Virus record (IMG/VR): IMGVR_UViG_3300017917_003016
Coordinates: 96,001 to 160,000 of that record
Reading direction: 5' to 3' (one strand)
Length of the DNA stretch: 64,000 nt
Source of the DNA: a virus
Lineage: Duplodnaviria; Caudoviricetes
Shown: in pieces, positions 18,732 through 27,955 of the stretch
Position numbering within the stretch: position 1 is the stretch's first letter
Layout of the letters: each line of letters opens with the position of its first letter
Notes under the pieces: model-generated
Databases searched by the model: none
The model's input: the letters and a program-made list of their open reading frames with translations, nothing else
Told to the model about the DNA's origin: nothing
Made by a program: the position numbers and the translations under genes

Positions 18732-20648
18732 ATGTCAAAGATCATTGGTATTGACCTTGGCACCACAAATAGTTGTGTGGCCGTTCTTGAAAACAACAAA
18801 CCCCGCGTAATTGAAAATTCAGAAGGTGCTCGTACTACACCTAGTATCGTTGCCTACGGCGACGAAATCATCGTAGGTGCTAGCGCCAAACGACAAGCAG
18901 TGACCAATCCTAAGAAGACTATCTACGCTGCCAAACGTCTAATTGGTCGTAAGTTTGACGAAAAGGAAGTGCAAAAGGACATTGACCTTATGCCTTACAA
19001 GATTGTCAAGAATGACAACGGCGATGCATGGGTAGAAATTGATGACAAAAAACTAGCACCTCCGCAAATTTCAGCAGAAGTTTTGCGCAAAATGAAGAAG
19101 ACTGCCGAAGACTATCTGGGTCATGAAGTTACACAGGCTGTGATTACTGTGCCAGCCTACTTCAACGATGCACAACGCCAGGCCACTAAAGACGCTGGCA
19201 AGATTGCTGGTCTAGAAGTTTTGCGTATTATCAACGAGCCTACTGCTGCTGCACTGGCCTATGGCTGTGACAAGACCTCTAAGAAGGACCAGCGGGTTGC
19301 AGTATATGACCTAGGTGGTGGTACTTTTGATATTAGTATCATTGAAATTTCTGAAGTAGACGGCGAAAAGCAATTTGAAGTTCTTGCTACCAACGGTGAT
19401 ACATTCTTAGGCGGTGAAGACTTTGACCAACGTCTTATGGACTATCTCATTGACGAATTTAAGAAGGATTCAGGTATCGATCTTGGTAAGGATCCAATTG
19501 CCCTGCAACGTGTCAAATCTGCGGCTGAAAAGGCTAAGATCGAACTATCGGGTCAACAACAGACGGAAGTCAATGAACCCTACATTGCTATGGACTCTAC
19601 AGGGCCCAAGCATCTTAACGTTAAGATTACCCGTGCCAAATTTGAAAGTTTGGTTGCAGATCTTATCAAGCGTTCGATTGAACCCTGTAAAGCAGCCATC
19701 AAGGACAGTGGCGTAAATATCGCAGACATCGACGAAGTCATCCTCGTAGGCGGACAAACTCGCATGCCCAAAGTTCAAGAAGCAGTTAAGGAACTGTTTG
19801 GCAAGGAACCTCGCAAGGATGTCAACCCAGATGAAGCAGTTGCCGCCGGTGCTGCAATCCAAGGTGCTGTGTTGGGAGGAGATAAAACAGACGTACTGTT
19901 GCTGGACGTTACTCCTCTTTCTCTAGGAATTGAGACCATCGGTGGAGTGTTTACTAAATTAATTAGAAAGAATACAACTATTCCTACCAAGGCTACCCAA
20001 GTGTTCAGCACCGCAGACGACAATCAACCTGCAGTTACAGTCTGTATTGCACAGGGCGAACGTGAATTTATCAAAGATAACAAGATTCTTGGCCAGTTCA
20101 ACCTTGAGGGTATTGAACCTGCTCCACGTGGAATTCCTCAAATTGAAATTACTCTAGACATTGATGCCAATGGTATTCTTAAGGTATCGGCCAAAGACAA
20201 GAAGACCGGCAAAGAAAACAAGATTACCATCAAGGCCAACAGCGGTCTGAGTGAGGAAGAAATTGAACGCATGGTTAAGGATGCTGAAGCCAATGCTGAA
20301 GCAGATAAAAAAGCACGTGCACTAGTGGACACTAAAAACAATGCTGAACAGCAGATCTATAGTGTTAAGAAGACATTAGACGAACTTGGCGACAAGATTA
20401 CGTCTGATGAAAAGACCGCTATTGAAACTGCTATCAAAGCCGTTGAAGAAGCAATTAACGGCGATGATATTTCTGGTATTACTGACAAGGTGGAGGAACT
20501 TACCAAAGTTTCTGGTCCGCTATTTGCTGCATACCAGGCTGATGCTGCTGCCAAACAAGCAGAAGTGCAGCCCGGTGAGCCACAAAATTCAGAGAAGGCA
20601 GCGGATGTAGTTGATGCTGAATTCACTGAAGTAAAGAAAGATGCCTAA
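18732..20648 (+). CDS. dnaK: chaperone DnaK (Hsp70)
   Basis: [42 protein letters not shown]. Confidence 0.99.
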   Translation: MSKIIGIDLGTTNSCVAVLENNKPRVIENSEGARTTPSIVAYGDEIIVGASAKRQAVTNPKKTIYAAKRLIGRKFDEKEVQKDIDLMPYKIVKNDNGDAWVEIDDKKLAPPQISAEVLRKMKKTAEDYLGHEVTQAVITVPAYFNDAQRQATKDAGKIAGLEVLRIINEPTAAALAYGCDKTSKKDQRVAVYDLGGGTFDISIIEISEVDGEKQFEVLATNGDTFLGGEDFDQRLMDYLIDEFKKDSGIDLGKDPIALQRVKSAAEKAKIELSGQQQTEVNEPYIAMDSTGPKHLNVKITRAKFESLVADLIKRSIEPCKAAIKDSGVNIADIDEVILVGGQTRMPKVQEAVKELFGKEPRKDVNPDEAVAAGAAIQGAVLGGDKTDVLLLDVTPLSLGIETIGGVFTKLIRKNTTIPTKATQVFSTADDNQPAVTVCIAQGEREFIKDNKILGQFNLEGIEPAPRGIPQIEITLDIDANGILKVSAKDKKTGKENKITIKANSGLSEEEIERMVKDAEANAEADKKARALVDTKNNAEQQIYSVKKTLDELGDKITSDEKTAIETAIKAVEEAINGDDISGITDKVEELTKVSGPLFAAYQADAAAKQAEVQPGEPQNSEKAADVVDAEFTEVKKDA

Positions 20649-20665
20649 TGGGTCTTTCATGTTAA

Positions 20666-20684
20666 TCTTGCTTAATTAAGGAGA
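20666..20684 (+). promoter_or_regulatory. ROSE-like RNA thermometer hairpin occluding the hsp20 SD
   Basis: UCUUGCU-UAAUUA-AGGAGA. Confidence 0.7.
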
Positions 20685-20690
20685 CTAAAA

Positions 20691-21134
20691 ATGAAGCAAC
20701 ACTATGTTACAACTTTTGATATTCCAACAATCAGTCGTTTTGCTGTGGGTTTTGACCGTATGTTTGATGAACTTCAGCGCACCGCTACTACCCTTAATGG
20801 TACCAACTATCCTCCCTACAACATCGTTAGGGTCGATGAAACTCAATATGACATCGAGTTGGCCGTAGCAGGTTTTGAAGAAGATGAATTGGATGTTGAA
20901 GTACAAAATGGTGAACTCAGCATTCGCGGTGAAAGCAAGAGCGAGTCTGCTCGACTGGGAAATTATATCCATCAGGGTATTGCTAGTCGTAATTTTGTAC
21001 GTACATTTGCTCTGGCAGATAATGTAGAAGTCAGGACCGCCACTGTTAAGAATGGAATCCTTACAGTGAAGTTAGAAGTAATTGTGCCTGAGCACGAAAA
21101 GCCAAAAAAGATTGCTATTACTTTTCAAAAGTGA
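20691..21134 (+). CDS. hsp20: small heat-shock protein (IbpA/Hsp20 family)
   Basis: GFDRMFD, NYPPYNI, AVAGF, HQGIASRNF, NGILTV. Confidence 0.95.
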   Translation: MKQHYVTTFDIPTISRFAVGFDRMFDELQRTATTLNGTNYPPYNIVRVDETQYDIELAVAGFEEDELDVEVQNGELSIRGESKSESARLGNYIHQGIASRNFVRTFALADNVEVRTATVKNGILTVKLEVIVPEHEKPKKIAITFQK

Positions 21135-21188
21135 TATAATATAAATACTGGGGGAGGAAACTCCCCCAACTAATATAATAAGGACGCT

Positions 21189-21497
21189 ATGAGCACAAAA
21201 GTTGTTACCAAAACCAAAGTCTCGCCAAATCTTAATCTACAAGAGCCTCCTCAGTACAAGGTTATATATATCAATGATGATGTTACTACCATGGAGTTTG
21301 TAATTGAATCTTTGATTTCAGTTTTTGATTACACTCTCGATGATGCGGTATTTTTAACTAAGAAAATTCATGATGAAGGTACTGGAGTCGCTGCAATTCT
21401 TCCCTATGAAATGGCCGAACAGAAGGGAGTTGAAGTCACACAACTGGCGCGCAATAATGGATTTCCTTTAAATATTAAGTTGGAGCCGCAGGGATGA
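21189..21497 (+). CDS. clpS: N-degron adaptor ClpS
   Basis: YKVIYINDDVTTMEFV, IHDEG.GV, AEQK, FPL. Confidence 0.93.
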   Translation: MSTKVVTKTKVSPNLNLQEPPQYKVIYINDDVTTMEFVIESLISVFDYTLDDAVFLTKKIHDEGTGVAAILPYEMAEQKGVEVTQLARNNGFPLNIKLEPQG

Positions 21498-21973
21498 TTT
21501 TCAATCACATTAAAGAACTTAAATCAGCCGGTAAGAAAATAGGTATCACCTTCAGTACATTTGACATGCTGCATGCCGGACATGTGGCCATGCTTAGTGA
21601 AGCAAAAAATCATTGCGATTATTTGATCGTTGGTCTACAGACAGATCCAACTATTGACAGGCCTATGGAAAAGAACAAACCAGTTCAAAGCATAGTTGAA
21701 AGACAGATTCAACTGTCAGCCTGCAGATACGTAGATGAAATCGTAGTATACGAAACTGAAAGAGATCTAGTAGACATCCTGTTGACTCTGCCCATTGACG
21801 TGCGTATTCTTGGTGTAGAATACGAGGACAAGGATTTCACTGGCCGCGAAGAATGTATGATGAGAGGTATCGAACTAGTGTTTAACAGTCGAGATCACAG
21901 TTTCTCAAGTTCAAGTCTACGCAAACGTGTAGCACACGCCGAAACTCACAAAATACTCAAAGCAGACCTCTAA
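21494..21973 (+). CDS. cytidylyltransferase (TagD/RfaE-like HxGH nucleotidyltransferase)
   Basis: TFDMLHAGH, LIVGLQTDP, SSSSLR. Confidence 0.9.
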   Translation: MIFNHIKELKSAGKKIGITFSTFDMLHAGHVAMLSEAKNHCDYLIVGLQTDPTIDRPMEKNKPVQSIVERQIQLSACRYVDEIVVYETERDLVDILLTLPIDVRILGVEYEDKDFTGREECMMRGIELVFNSRDHSFSSSSLRKRVAHAETHKILKADL

Positions 21974-22509
21974 TGCATGTAATGCTGGATCTTGAGACTC
22001 TGAGCACTCGCCCAGATGCTACGATTCTTACCTTTGGTGCGTGTAAGTTTGATCCCTATCGTTTTCATGAAATTGATCAAGGGATATATTTTCGTATCGA
22101 CGTAGATGAACAAATTGGTCTAGGTCGTCATGTAGATGATAACACCATTGCTTGGTGGTCACAGCAGGCCCAAGATGTTCGTGAAGAGGCTCTAGGGGAT
22201 AGTAATCGTATTTCTTTAGAGCAATTTACGCAAGAATTAAATAGATTTATTGTTGGAGCCAAATGCATTTGGGCACAGGGTCCGGTTTTTGATATTGTTA
22301 TTTTAGAAAATCTCTATAGACAATTAGGCAAGCCTGCACCATGGCAGTATTGGCAAATTAGAGATAGTCGCACATTGTTAAGTACCCTAGGGGACCCTAG
22401 AGACAAAAACAAAGCAGGTCTGCACAATGCTCTAGAAGATTGCGTGAGCCAGGCTCAGGCAGTGCAGAAAATGTTTGGTCTATATAGTATTATTGACAAG
22501 GACAGATGA
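21973..22509 (+). CDS. DEDDh 3'-5' exonuclease
   Basis: MLDLETL, FDIVIL, RDSRTL, HNALEDC. Confidence 0.85.
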   Translation: MHVMLDLETLSTRPDATILTFGACKFDPYRFHEIDQGIYFRIDVDEQIGLGRHVDDNTIAWWSQQAQDVREEALGDSNRISLEQFTQELNRFIVGAKCIWAQGPVFDIVILENLYRQLGKPAPWQYWQIRDSRTLLSTLGDPRDKNKAGLHNALEDCVSQAQAVQKMFGLYSIIDKDR

Positions 22510-22826
22510 TGGATATAATTTTTGGTAGAGAAAACGCAGAAAGACTCCGTGAAAAATACACCGTGCTGGATCTTGAAACAGTCACTAAAGATGGAGTAAG
22601 TCTGGAAGTTTTTTGTCTTATACCTGCAGATAAAATTAGTATAATGGATCTTCCACAACTAGACAATTGGGTTAAATTGCATAACGATTTCCTGCATGGT
22701 TATCATTCTAAGCAATATAATTTCTGTCGACAGTGCATAGAGCATCTCAGAGGTAAATTCAGCGGAGAGTTAGATAGTTTCTACGATGAAATTCTAAAAC
22801 GCATTGACCAAGAAGAAAAAGTTTAA
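22506..22826 (+). CDS. stand-alone homolog of the C-terminal region of the CHASE2 adenylate cyclase (38833-40851)
   Basis: Manual alignment: IIFGRENAERLREKYTVLDLE vs MILGAKTADLVKDHFDLVELD; HNDFLHGY vs HDEFLKSY; FYDEILKRI vs YYEKMLERL. Confidence 0.65.
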   Translation: MMDIIFGRENAERLREKYTVLDLETVTKDGVSLEVFCLIPADKISIMDLPQLDNWVKLHNDFLHGYHSKQYNFCRQCIEHLRGKFSGELDSFYDEILKRIDQEEKV

Positions 22827-22894
22827 TATAGATTAAACCACTATATTATCTAGTCTAGATTCCTTGTAAATACTTTTGAGCAAGGAGCTAGACA

Positions 22895-23377
22895 ATGAAA
22901 AAAACAATAACCTACCTCGCTCTACTCGCCTCTGCACAGGTTGCTCAGGCGGCAGAGTTGGTACATCAATTTAACAGCCCGGCATTCAGTGGAGCCGGCT
23001 ACAGTGCTCACGTACTTACCGTTAAACAATTAGAAGATCAAGCCAAAGAAAAAAATCACGCTGCAGCCGAAGCCATAAAAGCAAAAGCAGAACAGGAAGC
23101 AGCCAATACTCCCCAGGCACGTTTTATTGCTAATCTAGAATCACGTATCTATAGTCAATTGGCTAAACAATTGACCGATACTATGTTTGGTGAAGGCGCG
23201 ACCTGTACAACCACTGGGGTTATTTGTGGTACTATTGACAACTTAGGTGGCAATAGTATTAGTTGGATGTTGGGTGCCGGCAGCGATGCAGGAAATATAA
23301 TTATAACAATTAGAGACCTTAATAATACTAGTAATATTACAACAATGAAGGTCCCTGCCGGTACGTTTTACTTTTAA
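22895..23377 (+). CDS. csgF: curli assembly protein CsgF
   Basis: Signal peptide AQA-AELV; HQFNSPAFSG; F..NLESRIYSQLAKQL. Confidence 0.85.
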   Translation: MKKTITYLALLASAQVAQAAELVHQFNSPAFSGAGYSAHVLTVKQLEDQAKEKNHAAAEAIKAKAEQEAANTPQARFIANLESRIYSQLAKQLTDTMFGEGATCTTTGVICGTIDNLGGNSISWMLGAGSDAGNIIITIRDLNNTSNITTMKVPAGTFYF

Positions 23378-23386
23378 GGATGCTAG

Positions 23387-24265
23387 ATGAAAAGATCAAT
23401 ACTTGCGATTGCAGTTCTGACTGCACTAACAGGGTGTGCTAGTTCTAGCGCACTTCGAGAAAAGGCCTTTGGTGAACAGTTTGACCCTCCTACTGTAGAG
23501 CGAGAAACATTTTTTACCAAAGCAGAAAATCAATTAGCGCCGCCGGCTAGTGGACCAATCCCTGTAGCAGTCTATAGTTTTACTGACCGCACTGGACAAC
23601 GTAAAAACATTCCTAACATTGCTAGTTTTTCAACAGCAGTGACACAAGGTGGAGAAGCCTATCTTATCAAGGCTCTTCAGGATGTTGGCAACGGTCGTTG
23701 GTTTACTGTATTAGAACGTGTGGGACTGGACAACCTCATTAAAGAACGTCAGATGATACGCCAAATGCGTGAGCAATATCAGGGACGCGATGCTAAACCA
23801 TTACCGCCAATGGTGTTTGCTGGCATGATTGTAGAAGGAGCAATCACAGGATACGACAGTAATAGTTTAACAGGCGGTAGCGGAGCAAGAATTTTAGGTA
23901 TTGGCGCACAGACACAGTACCAAAGCGATACTGTTACAGTTACCCTTAGAACTATCAGTGTTAATACAGGAGAAGTTTTAACCACTGTTACTGTTACAAA
24001 AACTGTGCTGAGTTATATGGACAAGTTTGGTGTACTTAAATTTGTCAGCGCAGGCGAGCGTGCTATAGAAGCAGAGGCCGGCATGAGCATAAACGAAAGC
24101 ATTAACAAGGCCACTAGTCTAGCGGTCAAAGCAGCAGTAGTAGAAACTATTCGAGAAGGTGTCCGTAAAGGATATTGGGCACACAAGGCAGACAATCAAG
24201 AATCTGCTGTCAAGGTCGTACCTTTGCCTGCAGAACCCGCAGTGCAAAGTGAACAATTAAATTAA
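23387..24265 (+). CDS. csgG: curli secretion channel CsgG (outer-membrane lipoprotein)
   Basis: Lipobox LTGC; VAVYSFTDRTGQRK, FSTAVTQG, WFTVLERVGLDNLIKERQ, EGAITGYDSN. Confidence 0.95.
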   Translation: MKRSILAIAVLTALTGCASSSALREKAFGEQFDPPTVERETFFTKAENQLAPPASGPIPVAVYSFTDRTGQRKNIPNIASFSTAVTQGGEAYLIKALQDVGNGRWFTVLERVGLDNLIKERQMIRQMREQYQGRDAKPLPPMVFAGMIVEGAITGYDSNSLTGGSGARILGIGAQTQYQSDTVTVTLRTISVNTGEVLTTVTVTKTVLSYMDKFGVLKFVSAGERAIEAEAGMSINESINKATSLAVKAAVVETIREGVRKGYWAHKADNQESAVKVVPLPAEPAVQSEQLN

Positions 24266-24277
24266 AGGAGCAAGGCA

Positions 24278-25057
24278 ATGAAACTAAAAACTTTAGTTAG
24301 TTTAGTCGCCCTAGTAGTAGCAGGATCGGCATATGCTGCCGGCGAAACCGGTCCAAACCGCGTGTATATTGAACAAATTGGTAACACTAACCTTATAACC
24401 ATTCAGCAGGTTGGTGGCACCAACGACGTTGGCGGTGTTGCAGGCAGTGCTAGTGTTGATGTAACAGGCGTAACAACCTTGACAGTTACAGCACCTAGTA
24501 CCAGTAACTACGCTACTATTAACGGCAGTAGTAACACAGTAACACTGACACAAACTGGTAGCAATAACCAAGCACAGTACAATATCAAAGGTGGTAACAA
24601 TACCTATACCAGCACAATGACTGGTAATAATAATCAAACCAAACTAACTGTGGGTTCTACCAATACCAACGGTTCACAAAATTCAATAACTGAAACTGCA
24701 ACCGGTAGCAGTAATATGTTTATCACTGATGTTGTAGGCAGTAGCAATACTTTGGCAACTACAGTAACTGGTAGTTCAAACCAAATTACTCAGAGTGTTT
24801 TAACTAGCAATGCTGACATTACTAATACTGTTAGTGGTAGCAACAATATTTTTAATATTCAACAACGTGATGCTGCAGGCAGTGCTGGACACAGTCTGAC
24901 CATGGCAACCACAGGTGACTACAATAGCATTACCACTCAGCAGCAAGGTACTAATGACACCACTGTTAATATTTCTACTCAAGGTGATCACAATACCATC
25001 ACAGTTCGTACTAGCAGCACTAGTATATTAAACTCAGCCACAGCCATAGCGAGGTAA
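24278..25057 (+). CDS. secreted curlin-repeat protein (CsgA/CsgB-like)
   Basis: Sec signal; repeated Q/T-x-G-(S/N)-(S/N)-N beta-arc units throughout. Confidence 0.8.
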   Translation: MKLKTLVSLVALVVAGSAYAAGETGPNRVYIEQIGNTNLITIQQVGGTNDVGGVAGSASVDVTGVTTLTVTAPSTSNYATINGSSNTVTLTQTGSNNQAQYNIKGGNNTYTSTMTGNNNQTKLTVGSTNTNGSQNSITETATGSSNMFITDVVGSSNTLATTVTGSSNQITQSVLTSNADITNTVSGSNNIFNIQQRDAAGSAGHSLTMATTGDYNSITTQQQGTNDTTVNISTQGDHNTITVRTSSTSILNSATAIAR

Positions 25058-25060
25058 GCC

Positions 25061-26146
25061 GTGAGGGCTTATCTTGCTGCGGCATTGCTGTTAGCCAGCG
25101 TTGGGGCATGGGCAGGCATAGGTGTAGTCAGTGACACCAAGGGATCTGCCTGTGCAATCGAACGTGCTAAAAAATCATTACCTGGAGACAAAGGTGCAGC
25201 CGTTGAATCAATGGACACCTATGTTACCGGTGGGTGTGTGAGTAACATAACCTTTAATGACGACACTCGGGTTAAAATAACAGAAAACAGTAGACTGCTA
25301 ATCGATGATTTTGTGTTTGATCCCAAAAAGAGCGATGCAGGCAAGTTGGCCTTAAAAGTTTCCATGGGCACGGTTCGGTATGCCAGCGGGCAAATAGCCA
25401 AGAACAATCCACAGCGAGTTGATATTAAAACACCCAGTGCTACTATTGCAGTGCGCGGTACTGATTTTAACATGACTGTTGATGAAACCGGTCAGAGTCT
25501 TGTGATTCTTGTACCTAGTTGTAGAGACAAAGACAAGGTCAAAGAGTATGAATTAGAGGAAAATACCTGTAAAGTAGGAAAGATTGAGGTGACCACCCTG
25601 GCGGGAACTGTGAGTCTGGACAAGGCGTTTGAAGCAACATATGTGGTCAATGCCACAGTACCGCCCACACCTCCGGTAGTGCTAAACACAGTAGAAGGTA
25701 AGATTAGTAATCTACTGATTATTTCTGGGCCGCCTGAAATTCAGCGAATGATGAAGGACAACAGTAAGGCCCGCAAAGAGCAAGAAGATTGGGAAGCCGA
25801 ACAGGCCAGACAGATAGCACAACGTATAAAAGAAGGTCAGCACGAAGAGACTCCTAAAGTAGTTTCCTACACATTTGACAATGGAAAAACCGGATGTAAC
25901 CCTTCTACTAGTATTTGTGTGCGTTGGGAAAAACCCGACGGAGAAACCATACAGGATCGAGGCAAGGGTACTGCCTTTCGCTCAAATGCAGATCACTATG
26001 CAGAAGTCAAAACTCTAGGCTATGACAGCAACACTTCTCTAACCATTACTCACGATGACAGTGTAGCCACAGCACAGATTGGCAGCGGTGATTTTGGAGG
26101 CAACGTAGTTAACATCAAACAAACTACCGGAGTTCTAAGAAAATGA
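25061..26146 (+). CDS. exported FecR-domain protein
   Basis: Signal peptide; F.D.T.V...ENS.L.IDDF, G..RYASG, TP.ATIAVRGTDF. Confidence 0.85.
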   Translation: MRAYLAAALLLASVGAWAGIGVVSDTKGSACAIERAKKSLPGDKGAAVESMDTYVTGGCVSNITFNDDTRVKITENSRLLIDDFVFDPKKSDAGKLALKVSMGTVRYASGQIAKNNPQRVDIKTPSATIAVRGTDFNMTVDETGQSLVILVPSCRDKDKVKEYELEENTCKVGKIEVTTLAGTVSLDKAFEATYVVNATVPPTPPVVLNTVEGKISNLLIISGPPEIQRMMKDNSKARKEQEDWEAEQARQIAQRIKEGQHEETPKVVSYTFDNGKTGCNPSTSICVRWEKPDGETIQDRGKGTAFRSNADHYAEVKTLGYDSNTSLTITHDDSVATAQIGSGDFGGNVVNIKQTTGVLRK

Positions 26147-27558
26147 AGTTCGTTATCGGTCTGATATTTTTGTTACTGTCTTCACTAGCACAGGCTCAAG
26201 ACCTCAGTTGGGAATCGGGTACACTCAATGGTTGGACTGTGGGTGGCGGTAGTTCAAGTTCTGTTAAATCATCAGGTTGGAGTTCAAACGGCATAGGTGC
26301 AGCAGTCAGTGGCGGTCTTACTAACTATTCTCCAGGCGGCGGCAAAACCTGGACTATTGCTCCCTATGGTACTTACATGGGTAGCCTGCAGCCAGGCAAC
26401 GGTTCGGTAACATTCGATACTGCTGTGTCAAATCTTGGATTAAGCAGCACAGAAAACACTGCAATAAAAAGTTATCTAAGTTATCAGGCCAGCAACGGCG
26501 GCGGTGGGAACCCTACACCAACTAACGCTACATGGATCAAACAAACTGTGGCACTCACAGCAGGGCAGACCTATACCATTGCATGGAACTATCTATCAAC
26601 AGATTACACTCCTTGGAACGACGGTTCTATGATAACGCTGACTCATACTACCAATGCCAATATCACTCCAACCCTAAATAACAAACAGCAAAGATATGGA
26701 CTATTGGGATTTACCAATCCGGGAACTGGTGAATATGCCACAGGTTCATACGGTAGTACCGGCTGGCAAGTGGCCGTGTTTACAGTGCCAGAAACAGGCA
26801 ACTATGTCTTAGGTTTTGCATCATTTAATCTAGGCGACACTGCACTAAGTCCTATTTTGTTTGTTGATCAATTGCAGGGTGTTACTACACTAAATGGTCA
26901 AAGTTTTGGTCCTGTTGCACCTAATCCTGGCAGCACAGCACCAACTGCACCTTCCGGTGGTGGCAGTTCTTTGTGCTGTGGCGGAAGTTCAGCAAGTTTT
27001 ACCATGGATGCAGACAAAGCAGCCAGTGTCAACGCATTTAAAAATCGTACCACAGCAGACAGTAAGGTCTACGTAGATCAAATTGGCAATGGCAATACTA
27101 TCACTGTTCAGCAAACGGGCACTAAAAATAACTATGCAGAATACAACGGCAATGGTAGTTCTAATACGGTAAACATAACTCAAAGCGGAACTGCAGCCAC
27201 AGAAGCCAACTATACAAGACTAGATATTATTGGCAACAGCAACACTGTCAATCTAACACAGACCAGCACTGGTGGGACTAAAAGTGTATTTGCCAGTATA
27301 AACAATAACAATAATTCAGTAACCATATTACAAAAAGACGCCGGCAGTCATCACCTAGATCTTACCTTAAGCGGTGGTGGCAAAACTGTAGACATCACAC
27401 AACAAGGATCTGCAGCACACATGGCAGACATTACCCTCACAGGCGCAGGTTCACGCAGCCTTACCTTGACTCAGCAGGGCAGTACTCAGCAATTCTACAG
27501 TATTAACAGCAGTTGTGCTTCAAGTTGTCAGGCCATAACCGTCACACAAGGACAATAA
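26143..27558 (+). CDS. secreted two-domain protein: N-terminal beta-sandwich-like domain plus C-terminal curlin repeats
   Basis: Signal peptide; P/S/G linker; VYVDQIGNGNTITVQQTG matches VYIEQIGNTNLITIQQVG of 24278. Confidence 0.75.
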   Translation: MKFVIGLIFLLLSSLAQAQDLSWESGTLNGWTVGGGSSSSVKSSGWSSNGIGAAVSGGLTNYSPGGGKTWTIAPYGTYMGSLQPGNGSVTFDTAVSNLGLSSTENTAIKSYLSYQASNGGGGNPTPTNATWIKQTVALTAGQTYTIAWNYLSTDYTPWNDGSMITLTHTTNANITPTLNNKQQRYGLLGFTNPGTGEYATGSYGSTGWQVAVFTVPETGNYVLGFASFNLGDTALSPILFVDQLQGVTTLNGQSFGPVAPNPGSTAPTAPSGGGSSLCCGGSSASFTMDADKAASVNAFKNRTTADSKVYVDQIGNGNTITVQQTGTKNNYAEYNGNGSSNTVNITQSGTAATEANYTRLDIIGNSNTVNLTQTSTGGTKSVFASINNNNNSVTILQKDAGSHHLDLTLSGGGKTVDITQQGSAAHMADITLTGAGSRSLTLTQQGSTQQFYSINSSCASSCQAITVTQGQ

Positions 27559-27580
27559 ATATCTAGTGGAGGACCACAAA

Positions 27581-27661
27581 ATGAGTTGGACTAATCACAA
27601 AACGCCCACACCAAAAGTACCACCAAGCCAATCAAAACCACCGCACCAGCCTAATCGTTGA
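27581..27661 (+). CDS. putative 26-aa Pro/Lys-rich micropeptide MSWTNHKTPTPKVPPSQSKPPHQPNR
   Basis: GGAGG RBS at 27568-72; stop codon lies inside the operon terminator. Confidence 0.4.
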   Translation: MSWTNHKTPTPKVPPSQSKPPHQPNR

Positions 27662-27673
27662 TTAGGCTTTTTT
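27648..27673 (+). terminator. intrinsic terminator closing the curli operon
   Basis: agcctaatc-gtt-gattaggct followed by a T-run. Confidence 0.8.
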
Positions 27674-27796
27674 AATGGTTTTACGCATGGTTTTTAGGGG
27701 TTTTAGGCCATATACTGTGTATAAGTAATTGTGTAACAGTATTCATTGTTATACGGTTACGAGACAACTTTAGTTTTTTATAAAGGAGAAATAAAC

Positions 27797-27868
27797 ATGT
27801 GGACCAAACCCGCTGCTCAAGACAAGCGTTTCGGTTTTGAAGTAACCATGTATATTGCTGCTCGCTAA
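27797..27868 (+). CDS. pqqA: pyrroloquinoline quinone precursor peptide PqqA (MWTKPAAQDKRFGFEVTMYIAAR)
   Basis: 23 aa; MWxKP...R(F/L)G(F/L)EVT(M/L)Y signature with E-x3-Y; AAGGAG RBS; own terminator. Confidence 0.93.
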   Translation: MWTKPAAQDKRFGFEVTMYIAAR

Positions 27869-27885
27869 TCGAGTAACAAGTACTG

Positions 27886-27912
27886 AAAAGCCCGCCTAGT
27901 GCGGGCTTTTTT
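27886..27912 (+). terminator. intrinsic terminator after pqqA
   Basis: aaaagcccgc-ctagt-gcgggctttttt. Confidence 0.9.
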
Positions 27913-27955
27913 ATTGATATTTTATCAAATAAATATTATTGAATTTCAATAACAC

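Noticed and set aside
19414-20626. Multiple shadow ORFs on or antisense to dnaK; likewise nrdA (4839-6397) and groEL (59393-60899)
   Set aside because: Expected by-products of biased codon usage in conserved genes; no RBS or motifs.
21149-21168. GC-rich GAAA hairpin between hsp20 and clpS as a terminator
   Set aside because: No U-tract and it lies just after a TATAAATA promoter; more likely a 5' stabilising hairpin of ordinary interest.
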